From the sequence record MZ501075: a stretch of 64,000 nucleotides of DNA. One strand, written 5' to 3'. The position numbers and the translations under genes are program-made. The DNA is from Escherichia phage IrisVonRoten. The notes under the pieces are model-generated. The model saw nothing but the letters and a program-made list of their open reading frames with translations, did no database searches and had not been told where the DNA came from. Position 1 is the first letter of the stretch. Each line of letters opens with the position of its first letter. Below are positions 19,867 to 30,451 of the stretch, piece after piece.

Positions 19867-21923
19867 TGATTTCGAATAATGCACCAGCCAAAATGGTCTT
19901 AAATAGTATAATGACTGGATATACAATGGCGTATGTCCAGCACTCCATTTATACTGATTATGATGTTATTGGTAGATCTTTTTGGTTAAAAATAGGAGAA
20001 AGTATAGATAGACGTGATTACACCGGTATAGATACTTTCTTCGTAATGATTAATAATTTAACCCCCTCTACCTCCTATGAGATTCAGGGGGCTTTCTATG
20101 ACTCAATTATTGACTCAGAGTTACTAGAAGCTAAGATTGGTATCAACCTCTCTAATGAAACTAACTTTAGAACAAAGGAAAAGCCAATAATTACTGCAGC
20201 AAGATCTGAATCAGAACCCGTTGACGTTGGTGTTGGTGCTCCAATAGTTGTTGTAGAGACTGCTGGTGAGGCTAGTTACTGCACTATTGAATTAAAAAGT
20301 ACTGCATCAGAAGATAGTGAATGGGTTAAATATTACATAGGAGCACTGGGACCTACTATCAAATTTGGTGGTGTTCCTGTTGGCAACTATAAGATCAGAA
20401 TATCTGGTCAAGTTACTATGCCAGATGGTGTTACAGTTGACTCATCTGGCTATTATGAATATCCTAGCGTTTTCACTGTAGCTTATAATTTCGTACCACC
20501 TACTGCACCTACTAACATTGACTTTAAAGCTGCACGAATCGCAGACGGTAAGGAACGATATGATGTTAGAATAGAGTGGGACTGGGAACGTGGTGGTGGT
20601 GCTAATGTTCGTGAGTTCTTGGTTACATATATAAATTCTGAAGAATACGCTAAGACTGGCTGGGCTAAAGCTCAAAAGATAAACGTTGGTGCTGCTAGAG
20701 CTGCAACAATTATATCATTCCCATGGAAAGTTGAACATACTTTTAAGGTATCATCAATTGCCTGGGGACCAAATAAACAAGATATAACAGAATCAGCTCC
20801 TGTAACATTTATATTGAATGAAGATACTCCTCTAGATAACAGCTTTGTCAATGAGACGGGTATTGATGTTAACTATGCCTTTATTAAGGGCAGCATGAAA
20901 GATGGAGAAATCTGGAGACAGACATTCTTAATCGATGCAGCTACTGGTGCTATTAACATTGGTCTGCTAGATGAAGAAGGAAAAGCACCTATTTCTTTTG
21001 ATCCTATAAACCGTGTTGTTAACGTTGATGGTAAAGTAATTACTAGAGATATTAATGCTGCGAACTTTATCATGACTAACTTATCTGGTAAGGATAATCC
21101 AGCAATTTACACTCAAGGTAAATCTTGGGGGGATAATAACTCAGGTATTTGGATGGGTATGGATAATACCTCTGCCAAAGCTAAACTAGACATTGGTAAC
21201 GCTACACAATGGATACGTTATGATGGTACTACTTTGCGTATCTCTAGTGGTGTAGTAATTGGGACACCAAATGGTGACGTAGATATTGAGACTGGTTTAC
21301 AAGGTAAACAGACAGTATTTGTTTATAAGTTAGCAACATCTCTACCTGCTAAACCACTAGAACAAGATTATCCACCTCCTGGTTGGTCAAAAACTCCACC
21401 TAACCGTACAGATATGACACAAAATATCTATGCGACTACGGGTACGCTTGATCCAGTTACTAACAAACTTCTTGAAGGTACTAGCTGGTCTGATGTAGTT
21501 CAGTGGAGTGGTACTGAAGGTACTATAGGACATGATGGACAACGTGGTCCTGGAATGTACTCCATAGGTATAGCAGGTTTAGGTGGTTGGGATGATGGAC
21601 AAGCTAATTCCTTCTTTCAAAGTAACTTCGGTTCTCCCCCAGTTAAATATGATGTATTAACTGAATTTAATAGTAATGCACCACAATCAGCATTTACAAG
21701 GCAATGGAATGGGTCTGGTTGGGTTAACCCTGCAATGGTTCTCCACGGAAACATGATTGTTAATGGGACGGTGACGGCAGATAAAATTGTAGCAGGAAAT
21801 GCTTTCTTATCTCAGATCGGTGTTAACATCATTTATGATAGGAACGCTGCGTTATCAGGAAACCCTGAGGCATACTACAAGATGAAGATAGACCTAAATA
21901 GTGGGTATATCCATATAAGGTAA
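19866..21923 (+). CDS. tail tip / central fibre protein (pb4-like)
   Basis: ~685 aa from ATG 19866 (TAATG overlap with pb3-like stop); synteny with T5 pb4. Confidence 0.6.
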   Translation: MISNNAPAKMVLNSIMTGYTMAYVQHSIYTDYDVIGRSFWLKIGESIDRRDYTGIDTFFVMINNLTPSTSYEIQGAFYDSIIDSELLEAKIGINLSNETNFRTKEKPIITAARSESEPVDVGVGAPIVVVETAGEASYCTIELKSTASEDSEWVKYYIGALGPTIKFGGVPVGNYKIRISGQVTMPDGVTVDSSGYYEYPSVFTVAYNFVPPTAPTNIDFKAARIADGKERYDVRIEWDWERGGGANVREFLVTYINSEEYAKTGWAKAQKINVGAARAATIISFPWKVEHTFKVSSIAWGPNKQDITESAPVTFILNEDTPLDNSFVNETGIDVNYAFIKGSMKDGEIWRQTFLIDAATGAINIGLLDEEGKAPISFDPINRVVNVDGKVITRDINAANFIMTNLSGKDNPAIYTQGKSWGDNNSGIWMGMDNTSAKAKLDIGNATQWIRYDGTTLRISSGVVIGTPNGDVDIETGLQGKQTVFVYKLATSLPAKPLEQDYPPPGWSKTPPNRTDMTQNIYATTGTLDPVTNKLLEGTSWSDVVQWSGTEGTIGHDGQRGPGMYSIGIAGLGGWDDGQANSFFQSNFGSPPVKYDVLTEFNSNAPQSAFTRQWNGSGWVNPAMVLHGNMIVNGTVTADKIVAGNAFLSQIGVNIIYDRNAALSGNPEAYYKMKIDLNSGYIHIR

Positions 21924-21929
21924 TAAATA

Positions 21930-22352
21930 ATGAGTACTGAAAATAGAGTTATAGACTTAGTGATAGATGAGAAAGTACCCTATGGTCTAATGATGCAATT
22001 CTTAGATGTTGATGATAGTACTTACCCACCTACAAATACCCCTGTTAATTTAACAGGGTATTCCCTAAGGGGTACTATAAAGGCCGGGCTTGACGAGAAT
22101 GCGGAAACTTTGGCATCTTTTACTACTAAAATTATTGATGCTGCTCAAGGTGCCATAGCTATAAGTTTACCTGTAGAGGCGGTAGATAATATTGGTGAAA
22201 AAGCCACCAAAGAGAGAGATAAGTATAACCCTCGCCAACGTTTTGCAGGATACTATGATATAATTATGACACGAGATGTCATAGGATCAGCTATTAGCTC
22301 TTTTCGTATAATGGAGGGTAAAGTATTTATCAGTGATGGGGTAACTAGATAA
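21930..22352 (+). CDS. collar protein (T5 p132-like)
   Basis: 140 aa, same size and position as T5 p132 as recalled. Confidence 0.55.
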   Translation: MSTENRVIDLVIDEKVPYGLMMQFLDVDDSTYPPTNTPVNLTGYSLRGTIKAGLDENAETLASFTTKIIDAAQGAIAISLPVEAVDNIGEKATKERDKYNPRQRFAGYYDIIMTRDVIGSAISSFRIMEGKVFISDGVTR

Positions 22353-24742
22353 TGGCAATAACTACTAAGATTATTGTACAACAAATATTAAATATTGATG
22401 ATACTAAAGCTACTGCTAGTAAGTTTCCTAGATACACAGTAACTCTTGGAAATTCTATTAGCTCTATTACTGCTAATGAGTTAGTATCCTCTATAGAGGC
22501 CGCTGCTAAATCTGCTGCGGCTGCAAAAGATTCTGAAATAGCAGCTAAGACTTCAGAGCTTAATGCTAAGAACTCTGAACAGGAAGCTGCTATTTCTGCC
22601 GGAGCTTCAGAAGCTTCTGCTACTCAGTCTGCTACATCTGCTACTCAATCTGCTGCATCAGCGGATAAATCTGCAGAATCAGCCGCAGCAGCTAAAGTAT
22701 CCGAGACTAACTCGAAGACTAGTGAGGCTGATGCAAAGACTAGCGAAACTAATGCAAAAACATCAGAAACTAATGCAAAGTCTAGTGAAACCAAAGCTAA
22801 GGCCTCCGAGACTAATGCTAAGGCTAGTGAAACTAATGCTGCTGCTTCGGCTGCAGCGGCAAAACTTAGTGAGACTAACGCAAAGGTCAGTGAGACTAAT
22901 GCTGCCGCTTCTGCTGCGGATTCCAGTGGTTTTAGGAATGAGGCGGAAACATTCTCTACACAAGCTGCTACATCAGCGTCTGCTGCAAAAACCTCCGAAA
23001 CAAAGGCTAAAACTAGCGAAACTAATGCAAAAACTAGTGAGACTAAAGCCAAAGCTAGTGAGACTAACGCAGCTAGTTCCGCAACCTCAGCTAGTCAGTC
23101 AGTAACTACTATACAAGGCTTAAAATCAGATGTTGAGCAACTAAAATCAGATACTCAGGCCATTAAAAACAGTGCTGTAACAGAGACAACAGCTATAAAG
23201 GCAGATGTTGCGCAGTTAAAAACAGACACACAAGGTATTAAGAATAGTGCGGTAACAGAAACTACCGCGTTAAAAAACCAAGCTGCAACTTCCGCAACTA
23301 ATGCAGCTAGTTCTGCAACAGAAGCAGGAAAACAAGCTACTAATGCTGCCAATAGTGCTAAGACTGCCAAGACTGAGGCCGACCGTTCAAAAACTGAGGC
23401 TGATAGATCAGAAGCTGCTGCTAATTCTACCCCCGACATTCAACCTCTTCCAGATGTATGGATACCTTTCAACGACTCGCTGGACATGCTAGCAGGATTT
23501 GCACCAGGCTATAAGCAAATAACTGTAGGTGATGATGTTATTAAAATGCCATCCGATAAGGTTGTGGATTTCAAACGGGCGTCAGGTGCGACGTACATTA
23601 ATAAATCTGGCGTTTTAACCGTTGCAGAGATTAACGAGCCTAGATTTGAACGAGACGGCTTATTAATTGAGGGGCAAAGAACTAACTATCATCTTAATTC
23701 ACTTACGCCATCTAAGTGGGGAGCTACAACAAGTGTAACTATAACAGAAAGTGGTGTTGATGAGTTTGGCTTTACTTATGGACGGTTTCAAATAAAGGAC
23801 GAAAAAATTGGGACAAATACGACAATGAATATCGCTGCGATTCCAGGAGGAAGAGGTGTCGATGTTACTGGAACCGAAAAGTATGTTACAACATCATGTC
23901 GTGTAAAAAGTGATAGTGCTAATATACAATGTCGTATAAGATTTGAAAGATATGACGGGTCCGCATATTTTTATCTGGCAGATGCATATCTTAATATAAC
24001 AGATATGTCCATTAGAAAAACTGGAGAAGGGGCTGCAAGAATAACCGCCAGAGCGGAGAAAGAATCTAATGGATGGATTTATTTCGAGGTTACATATCAA
24101 TCTGAAGCTATTGATAATATGGTTGGCTCTCAGATCCAAATTGCTCCACCTGTGTCTCCTGGCACTTATTCTGGTGGAGAGTATTTACAGGTAGCTACAC
24201 CACAATTTGAAGGCGGGGCGTGCGCTTCATCGTTTATTATTACAGAAGCGACTCCAGTAACACGGGCAAGCGATATGGTCACATTACCAATAAAAAACAA
24301 CCTTTACAATTTGCCGTTTACAGTACTTGTGGAAGCTCATAAAAACTGGAGTATAACGCCAAATGCAGCGCCACGTGTTTTTGATACCAGCGGTCATCAA
24401 ACCGGAGCGGCTATTATTCTTGCTTTCGGATCTGCCGAAGGCGATAATGATGGATTCCCTTATTGCGATATAGGTAAATCAAATAGAAGGGTTTACGAGA
24501 ATGCAAAACTAAAAAAGATGATCATGGGAATGAGAGTAAAGAGTGATTACAATAATTGCTGTGTAAGTAATGCCAGAATATCAAGCGAAACAAAAACGGA
24601 ATGGAGATACATACAATCAACGGCTACTATAAGGATTGGAGGACAAACAAATACTGGAGAACGACATTTATTTGGCCATATCCGAAACTTTAGAATCTGG
24701 CATAAGGAACTAACTGATAGACAAATGAAGGAGTATGTATGA
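22352..24742 (+). CDS. L-shaped tail fibre protein, proximal part (LtfA-like)
   Basis: 796 aa; N-terminal Ala/Ser-rich region with >15 SETNAK-type heptad repeats; C-terminal region ending HLFGHIRNFRIWHKELTDRQMKEY resembles LamG/concanavalin-like lectin fold. Confidence 0.65.
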   Translation: MAITTKIIVQQILNIDDTKATASKFPRYTVTLGNSISSITANELVSSIEAAAKSAAAAKDSEIAAKTSELNAKNSEQEAAISAGASEASATQSATSATQSAASADKSAESAAAAKVSETNSKTSEADAKTSETNAKTSETNAKSSETKAKASETNAKASETNAAASAAAAKLSETNAKVSETNAAASAADSSGFRNEAETFSTQAATSASAAKTSETKAKTSETNAKTSETKAKASETNAASSATSASQSVTTIQGLKSDVEQLKSDTQAIKNSAVTETTAIKADVAQLKTDTQGIKNSAVTETTALKNQAATSATNAASSATEAGKQATNAANSAKTAKTEADRSKTEADRSEAAANSTPDIQPLPDVWIPFNDSLDMLAGFAPGYKQITVGDDVIKMPSDKVVDFKRASGATYINKSGVLTVAEINEPRFERDGLLIEGQRTNYHLNSLTPSKWGATTSVTITESGVDEFGFTYGRFQIKDEKIGTNTTMNIAAIPGGRGVDVTGTEKYVTTSCRVKSDSANIQCRIRFERYDGSAYFYLADAYLNITDMSIRKTGEGAARITARAEKESNGWIYFEVTYQSEAIDNMVGSQIQIAPPVSPGTYSGGEYLQVATPQFEGGACASSFIITEATPVTRASDMVTLPIKNNLYNLPFTVLVEAHKNWSITPNAAPRVFDTSGHQTGAAIILAFGSAEGDNDGFPYCDIGKSNRRVYENAKLKKMIMGMRVKSDYNNCCVSNARISSETKTEWRYIQSTATIRIGGQTNTGERHLFGHIRNFRIWHKELTDRQMKEYV
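22670..23090 (+). repeat. imperfect 21-bp tandem repeats (encode SETNAK heptads)
   Basis: repeated units such as agtgaaactaatgcaaaaact / agcgaaactaatgcaaaaaca visible directly in the sequence. Confidence 0.8.
23113..23285 (+). repeat. degenerate ~78-bp direct duplication inside fibre gene
   Basis: two adjacent units encoding LKSDVEQLKSDTQAIKNSAVTETTAIK / ADVAQLKTDTQGIKNSAVTETTALK. Confidence 0.7.
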
Positions 24743-25017
24743 GAGATATAATCCTAAAATTCACGGATAAATCAGCATATAAAGATTTTCTCGTTCAAAT
24801 AGGGTGGGATACTAATGAAACTTTGCAAAATCAAATAATGCTTGATGAAATTGGCTATACTTATACTGAAATCTCTCCGCTAGGAGATGAGGAGCCTAGA
24901 TGCACCCGTAATGAAGGGTATTATGTTAATGTAAGGATTCTTGATGAATCCTTTACTTACGAATACTTCGAGCCTTTTATAGTTCAGCTAGAACAGCCTC
25001 TTAGAGTATGGGCATAA
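24739..25017 (+). CDS. small hypothetical protein between fibre genes
   Basis: 92-aa ORF with ATGA overlap with LtfA-like stop. Confidence 0.3.
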   Translation: MRDIILKFTDKSAYKDFLVQIGWDTNETLQNQIMLDEIGYTYTEISPLGDEEPRCTRNEGYYVNVRILDESFTYEYFEPFIVQLEQPLRVWA

Positions 25018-25026
25018 GGTTTTATA

Positions 25027-26751
25027 ATGGTAACTAAAACAGTAATTCCTACGGATATTACAAAACTTAAAAATGAGTCACTTAATAAAAATAATAACCT
25101 GAGTGACTTAGCAGACCGTGCAGCAGCGTGGCTAAACGTGCGTCCTATTGGGTCCACCCCTCTTGCGGGGGATCCTGTTGGGGACTATGATGCCGCAACT
25201 AAACGTTGGGTAGAGAATAAGATTAACACTGGTACAGTTGGACCCACTATGAGTGGTGTTATGAACTACGGTGTTGGTGATTTTCACCTCCGAGATAGTC
25301 GTGCGTATATTCAACCATACGAAGTCGTTTCTGACGGACAGCTTCTTAATAGGGCTGACTGGCCTGAACTTTGGGCGTATGCACAAATGGTTGGGGCTAT
25401 AGATGATTCAGTTTGGTTAGGAGATAAATTCCAGCGCGGTAAGTACTCATCAGGGAATGGAACAACAACCTTTCGTGTTCCAGATAGAAATGGTGTGCAG
25501 TCTGGTTCAGTATATGGTCTATTTGCTCGTGGTGATGGTGGTCAAAGTAGTATTAATGGAGCAATTTATGAATCTGGTGCACCTAATATAGTTTTTACTT
25601 CTCCGCATACTATGGTAACGCTTGCTTCAGCAGCTGGCCAAGTTGCAACAATTGGAGCGTTACAATCAACCACGTCAAGTGATGCTCCGGCACCAGTAGG
25701 TTCTGGTGGTAGGTACATTAATACAAATTTTGATGCGTCAAGATGTAGTTCTATATACGGGAGAACGGTATCCGAACTACGCCCTAATAACTTCATTGGC
25801 GTCTGGGTAATCCGTGCTTCTGGTGGGTTCGTGGCTGCAAAGACTTCGTGGAGTGTTATTAGTGGTGATGCTGTCAAACCTAATACTGGTACTACTGTTT
25901 ATGGCGGGAGTGTACTATCTGAGTATAAAGTAGGTACTAGTAGTGAGGCTGTAAGTACACTACGAGCTAAAGCTACTATTGGTGGCACCTACTCTACTGA
26001 ACTACTAATAGACAATAAATCTACCGGTAAATCGAATTCCGCCCAGCTTGTAGATAATGGAGATTTTGTAACGGATCGTTTTAAAGCTAGATTAGTTACT
26101 GGCATGGCGTGGTCTCAGACTGGCTGGGTACAAGGTACTCTTTCTCAGAACGAGGTCAATATAGGTAGTACATTTAACTTTAATAGTATATTGAGCGGTT
26201 CCCAGTCTTCTTCCGCAGGGTATAAGACATCTGCACATTTTGGATTAATTCATAATGACTTAGGCTCATTTGCAGATTCTTGTTGGCAGGTAGCGGGAGA
26301 TGATGATAATAAATTTGGTGTGCGTTTAAAAATTCAGCCGAATAATAATAGTATTTATTTTTATTCTTGGTGGCCCGGTGCTTCAGCAACCTATACTTTG
26401 CAATTAAATGCTGTATCTGATTCTCGCTTAAAGCATGATATTAAGGCTATAGACGCAACTAAGTCCATCGAGGTATTAAAAGGATTAGAATTCCAATCCT
26501 TTGTATATAATAACGATGAAAAATCTCGTGTCCGACGTGGGGTTATTGCTCAGCAAGTAGAGACTATAGAACCACTTTATGTAAAAACTAGAAGATTTTA
26601 TAATGATGACGGAATAGAGCAGGAGCAAAAGGAATTAGATACAACTCCAATGCTTCTTGACACTATGCATGTTGTGCAAGATCTTATTAAACGGATTGAA
26701 GATCTGGAGAAAGAGCTTGAGCAATTAAAGGTACAATTAGTATCACAATAA
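25027..26751 (+). CDS. distal tail fibre protein (LtfB-like) with tail-collar-type domain and C-terminal intramolecular chaperone
   Basis: 574 aa; PELWAYAQMVG..TTFRVPDRNG resembles phage tail collar domain; C-terminal SRLKHDIKAID..LEFQSFVYNNDE..RRGVIAQQVE resembles S74-type self-cleaving chaperone of fibre/endosialidase proteins. Confidence 0.65.
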   Translation: MVTKTVIPTDITKLKNESLNKNNNLSDLADRAAAWLNVRPIGSTPLAGDPVGDYDAATKRWVENKINTGTVGPTMSGVMNYGVGDFHLRDSRAYIQPYEVVSDGQLLNRADWPELWAYAQMVGAIDDSVWLGDKFQRGKYSSGNGTTTFRVPDRNGVQSGSVYGLFARGDGGQSSINGAIYESGAPNIVFTSPHTMVTLASAAGQVATIGALQSTTSSDAPAPVGSGGRYINTNFDASRCSSIYGRTVSELRPNNFIGVWVIRASGGFVAAKTSWSVISGDAVKPNTGTTVYGGSVLSEYKVGTSSEAVSTLRAKATIGGTYSTELLIDNKSTGKSNSAQLVDNGDFVTDRFKARLVTGMAWSQTGWVQGTLSQNEVNIGSTFNFNSILSGSQSSSAGYKTSAHFGLIHNDLGSFADSCWQVAGDDDNKFGVRLKIQPNNNSIYFYSWWPGASATYTLQLNAVSDSRLKHDIKAIDATKSIEVLKGLEFQSFVYNNDEKSRVRRGVIAQQVETIEPLYVKTRRFYNDDGIEQEQKELDTTPMLLDTMHVVQDLIKRIEDLEKELEQLKVQLVSQ

Positions 26752-26756
26752 AAGAA

Positions 26757-26790
26757 AACCCCAGTGGACAAAATCCACTGGGGTTTATTA
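26757..26790. terminator. bidirectional rho-independent terminator between convergent late (+) and early (-) modules
   Basis: CCCCAGTGGA-CAAAA-TCCACTGGGG with T-rich tract on + and A-rich (T-rich on -) tract upstream. Confidence 0.7.
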
Positions 26791-26807
26791 TTTATTTTAT
26801 ATGTAGA

Positions 26808-27254
26808 TTATTTACTTCCTGAACTTCCAAATCCGCCTTCCCCACGTACAGTCTCTTCTAACTCATCAACGATTTCAAAATTATGGGTTGAGTAGTGTGG
26901 TAGTACTACTAGCTGACAAAGTCTCTCGAAATTCTCCAGAGTTTGCATTTCAGAACCGTAATTATAGAGGTTCATCTTAATAGTACCACGATAGTCTGAG
27001 TCAATCACCCCTGCGGTATTTGCAATCATCAGATGACGCTTACCCAAAGAGCTGCGAGGAACCACCAAACCTAACCAACCCCGCGGAATTTCTACCGCGA
27101 CACCGGTGTCAATCATTAGGGACTTGCCTGGTGCAATAGCGCGTAAATCCGCTGCAGGGTTAGTACCAAAGAATGCCCGCAGATCCATACCTGCGGCATC
27201 TTCGGAACCAATCTTAGGCATACAATCTGGATGAGTTAATTTAATTTTAATCAT
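26808..27254 (-). CDS. dut: dUTPase
   Basis: 148 aa; motifs RSSLGKRHLMIANTAGVIDSDYRG and C-terminal RGEGGFGSSG typical of trimeric dUTPases. Confidence 0.85.
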   Translation of the reverse strand: MIKIKLTHPDCMPKIGSEDAAGMDLRAFFGTNPAADLRAIAPGKSLMIDTGVAVEIPRGWLGLVVPRSSLGKRHLMIANTAGVIDSDYRGTIKMNLYNYGSEMQTLENFERLCQLVVLPHYSTHNFEIVDELEETVRGEGGFGSSGSK

Positions 27255-28126
27255 TGTCCTGCAATCTCCAAAATATCTTTTGTAAACTTATCTAATACGT
27301 CTGGACCTACAGCAGCAATAGCATCTACACAGTAGGTAGGTAAATCAACCAGAATTAGGTTTCGGTAAAGCAATTCTTCCGAAGCATTTAAATTCTGTAT
27401 ATATTTCTGTTTTCCAGGTAGTGGAAGCTGATCAATAATATCCAGAACGTTACCAAATTCACGAATAATGTTATACCCGCGTTTTGCTCCAATTCCTTCA
27501 ACACCACGGATATTATCCCCTAAATCACCCATAATTGCTTTTAGAGAGATAAACTGCTCAACATCATCAACATTATGATGTTCATACATATCACGAAGAT
27601 GATACTCACGACGTGTAGTGAAGGAGAAACGAGAAACTTTATCAGTAAGTAGGGTGTCCCAGTCACCATCAGTAGATATTAGCCAAACATGGTCATATAA
27701 GTGACCAATTAGTTTAACAATATAAGCCGCCATATCATCTGCTTCTACGCCACGAATGGTAAAGGTTGGGAATGTGGTTTCACATAACTCGAAAGCATCA
27801 CGCAGGTACTCGAAGAACTGCTCATCTAGTGCTTTCTCCTCTTCCGTACGCTGAGAGTATTTCTCATCTCGATTCCCCTTATACTCAGGGAGATGCTCTA
27901 AGCGGAATGCGGACTTCCCTTTATCCCCTAAAACTATTGTAGTTCTAGCAGAATAAGATTTTGCTAGAGACTGAATAGTGGAAACATAACTTGAGGCAAA
28001 TGGTTTTTTACTGTTGTTATGTTTGAAGCGAAAGCCTAAGTTAGTTCCATCGACAATCATTAGGTTACGACGGGAAGCCATTTCAGCTTCCTCTTCTTCA
28101 ATAAATTTTCCCCAGGATTTACTCAT
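27251..28126 (-). CDS. flap endonuclease / 5'-3' exonuclease (T5 D15-like)
   Basis: 291 aa, same length as T5 D15 as recalled; 5'-nuclease-type motifs (IVDGTNL.., GDKGKSAFR, ISTDGDWDTLL, GVEGIGAKRG). Confidence 0.85.
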   Translation of the reverse strand: MSKSWGKFIEEEEAEMASRRNLMIVDGTNLGFRFKHNNSKKPFASSYVSTIQSLAKSYSARTTIVLGDKGKSAFRLEHLPEYKGNRDEKYSQRTEEEKALDEQFFEYLRDAFELCETTFPTFTIRGVEADDMAAYIVKLIGHLYDHVWLISTDGDWDTLLTDKVSRFSFTTRREYHLRDMYEHHNVDDVEQFISLKAIMGDLGDNIRGVEGIGAKRGYNIIREFGNVLDIIDQLPLPGKQKYIQNLNASEELLYRNLILVDLPTYCVDAIAAVGPDVLDKFTKDILEIAGQ

Positions 28127-28608
28127 TATTTAATTAAGTCCTCAACAGATGCATTATGTAGCCACGGCTCAAATAAACCGATTACGATTTCCATGCCTTT
28201 CTTATTTAACACCATATGGGTACGACTCATTAAGTTGTCAACCATCGGGTCTGAGCTATCCAAAGCTATTAACCACTGTCCTCTGTCTTTTTTGAATATT
28301 AATGCAGGTTTGGAGTTCATCTGCTCACCTTCACGTGAGCACTGCTGCCACCACTTCTCTAGAGTGGATTCACCAACATTAAATAAATTACTTGATATAT
28401 TATCATCTTTATACCACTTAACTTCGAAGCAGTATTTACTAATGTGTCCGCTTTGTGGGGGAAGGTAGATATCACCCTTTAGTCCATGACTCTGACCAAA
28501 AGCACCAGAGCCTGGAACACGTTCCCACTCAAGACCTGTACGTTCACGTAGTATATCTCTTACCTGATACTCACCACGTTTGCCTTTCTCTCTACTATCT
28601 ACGGCCAT
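28126..28608 (-). CDS. putative Holliday-junction resolvase, Hjc/PD-(D/E)xK-like
   Basis: 160 aa; KGKRGEYQVRDILRERTGLEWERVPGSGAFG..KGDIYL..CFEVKWYKD fits Hjc-type G-x-ER..SG..D-I..EVK pattern. Confidence 0.45.
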   Translation of the reverse strand: MAVDSREKGKRGEYQVRDILRERTGLEWERVPGSGAFGQSHGLKGDIYLPPQSGHISKYCFEVKWYKDDNISSNLFNVGESTLEKWWQQCSREGEQMNSKPALIFKKDRGQWLIALDSSDPMVDNLMSRTHMVLNKKGMEIVIGLFEPWLHNASVEDLIK

Positions 28609-28612
28609 GTTT

Positions 28613-30451
28613 TTATTCTAAGTAGGAAAATCCTTCTGCATCTTTTTTGACAGTAATCTTATGGGCTAATGGATGCGTATGCCCATGTGAAACAATGATA
28701 GAGTTAAGACTATCTTCCTTGTTTAACAATTCAACTAGAGTATCAAGTCCTTTCGTATCGATAAAGCTAATTACTTCATCAAGGAATAGAAGATTAATAT
28801 TAACTTTACTAATAGATGTTAACAGCATACGAATCGCTAACAATGTTGCTAGATTGATTCGACTTTGCTGACCAGTAGAGCAGTTCTCCATACTGGTACG
28901 ATTCCCATCATTGAAGATTACTACTTGTAATTTTGTTTCATCAAGTTCAAATCCAAGTGCGAATTTACCGCCAGTCATAATAGAAAGATATTTATTAATT
29001 AGCTCTTCAAATACTTTCACACTATGCTCTAGTTTATACCCCACCAGATTTTTCAATGCAGCAATTAGAATATCGAGATCAGCAACAGCTTCTGATACTT
29101 CATCCAGTTTGGAAGTAATTTCAGTCATTTCTGCTTCTGCTTTCTCAATCTGTTCTAGCTTTGCTTTATATTTTGCATTGGCTAATTCGACATTTGCATT
29201 ATGCTCTTTGGCAATTGCAACCTTAGAACGGCCATCAGCGATTTCCTGTTCTAATTGTCGGATTTGCACCTGTAGGATTTGCACATTGAGTTCTTCAAAA
29301 GAAGCATCACCCATTGAATTTTTGAACTCGTCTCTAGCTACCACCGCTTTATCCAAAGCATCCTTTGCTCTAGTATACACAACGTACTCAAGTTGTTCTT
29401 TCTTCAACTGTTCTAGCTTAGCTTCAAGAGATTGCTTCTCTTTGAACAGAGGATCATATTCTATTCTAGCCATATCCATTGCTTTTTGAGCAGCAGTTGT
29501 ATCCAGGTGAGTACCACAAGTAGGGCATTCAGTGTTTGAAGCCTCTTGCTTGAACTTCTGATAACGTTTCTTGACTTCACCTGCACGTGAGGTCACAATC
29601 GTTAGGTCACGCGTAACACTTGAGATCTCTTCATTTTGGTCGGTGGGCGCGGGAAGATTTTTATATGATTCGAAAGATTGTTCGGCAACTTGTACAGCTT
29701 TGTCCAAATTACGCAACTTAGTAATATTAGCCTCTTGAGACTTGGCTAATGCCGCCTTAATTTTCGATTCAGTAAGTTCTTGTGCTAATGGTTCTTCATC
29801 AAACTCCGGTACTTCTACAGGTTCCTGCAAAGTTCCTAGATTATTTCTTCCATTAAGGATTTTTGTAATTACAGCCATTTGGCCCTGCAAATTATTTAAG
29901 GTATTTGCTATTTCTTTACGGTCAGCCTTAATAGTTTCCGACATTTCTTTGTATTGTTCTTGATTGAACAAATTAACAAGAAAAGCCTTACGTGTTGCAT
30001 CCGTTGCTTTTAGAAAATCTAGGTTGGAACCCACTGATTGATAAATCAGTTTGGTGAATGTTTGAAAGTCACCACCCATAATCTCTTCAATCATCTTATA
30101 TGTTTGGGTTGCTGTATGCCCACTAATATCTTCGCCATTCTTAATGAGTGTAACTTTAGCAGTTGATTTAACTACTTTATGCAGCTCATACTCATCATCA
30201 TCTTTCGAGAAATAAGCGTGCATATCATACTCTTTCTTAGGGGCATTCCAAGAGAACAATGCATCCTTTTTAATACCGCGAGAATTTTTATTATAGAATA
30301 GCTCTTCTATAACCGTGGCGATAGTGGATTTCCCTAGTCCATTGCCACCAATTAGTTGAGTAACTGGATTCTTATCGAAATGAATTACGATGTCCTTACC
30401 GTAAGACATAACGTTACTAAATTTTAGTGTCTTAATTGTAATCTTTGACAT
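28613..30451 (-). CDS. SbcC/Rad50-like recombination ATPase (T5 D13-like)
   Basis: Walker A GGNGLGKST near N-terminus, long coiled-coil middle, C-terminal signature/Walker B region (LLFLDEVISFID); likely ATG at 30451 (track ORF extends to 30553). Confidence 0.75.
   Translation of the reverse strand: MSKITIKTLKFSNVMSYGKDIVIHFDKNPVTQLIGGNGLGKSTIATVIEELFYNKNSRGIKKDALFSWNAPKKEYDMHAYFSKDDDEYELHKVVKSTAKVTLIKNGEDISGHTATQTYKMIEEIMGGDFQTFTKLIYQSVGSNLDFLKATDATRKAFLVNLFNQEQYKEMSETIKADRKEIANTLNNLQGQMAVITKILNGRNNLGTLQEPVEVPEFDEEPLAQELTESKIKAALAKSQEANITKLRNLDKAVQVAEQSFESYKNLPAPTDQNEEISSVTRDLTIVTSRAGEVKKRYQKFKQEASNTECPTCGTHLDTTAAQKAMDMARIEYDPLFKEKQSLEAKLEQLKKEQLEYVVYTRAKDALDKAVVARDEFKNSMGDASFEELNVQILQVQIRQLEQEIADGRSKVAIAKEHNANVELANAKYKAKLEQIEKAEAEMTEITSKLDEVSEAVADLDILIAALKNLVGYKLEHSVKVFEELINKYLSIMTGGKFALGFELDETKLQVVIFNDGNRTSMENCSTGQQSRINLATLLAIRMLLTSISKVNINLLFLDEVISFIDTKGLDTLVELLNKEDSLNSIIVSHGHTHPLAHKITVKKDAEGFSYLE

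Noticed and set aside
22563-23439. ORFs 22563-23105 (+), 22645-23052 (-), 22763-22963 (-), 23155-23439 (-), 23301-23492 (+) overlapping the fibre gene
   Set aside because: They lie entirely within the SETNAK repeat region of the 796-aa fibre ORF; repetitive low-complexity sequence keeps alternative frames open. Their products are low-complexity (L/K/R- or A/S-rich) with no start signals.
28911-29963. Plus-strand ORFs 28911-29489 and 29742-29963 inside the SbcC-like gene
   Set aside because: Antisense to a well-supported ATPase gene; Ser/Cys-rich low-complexity translations.
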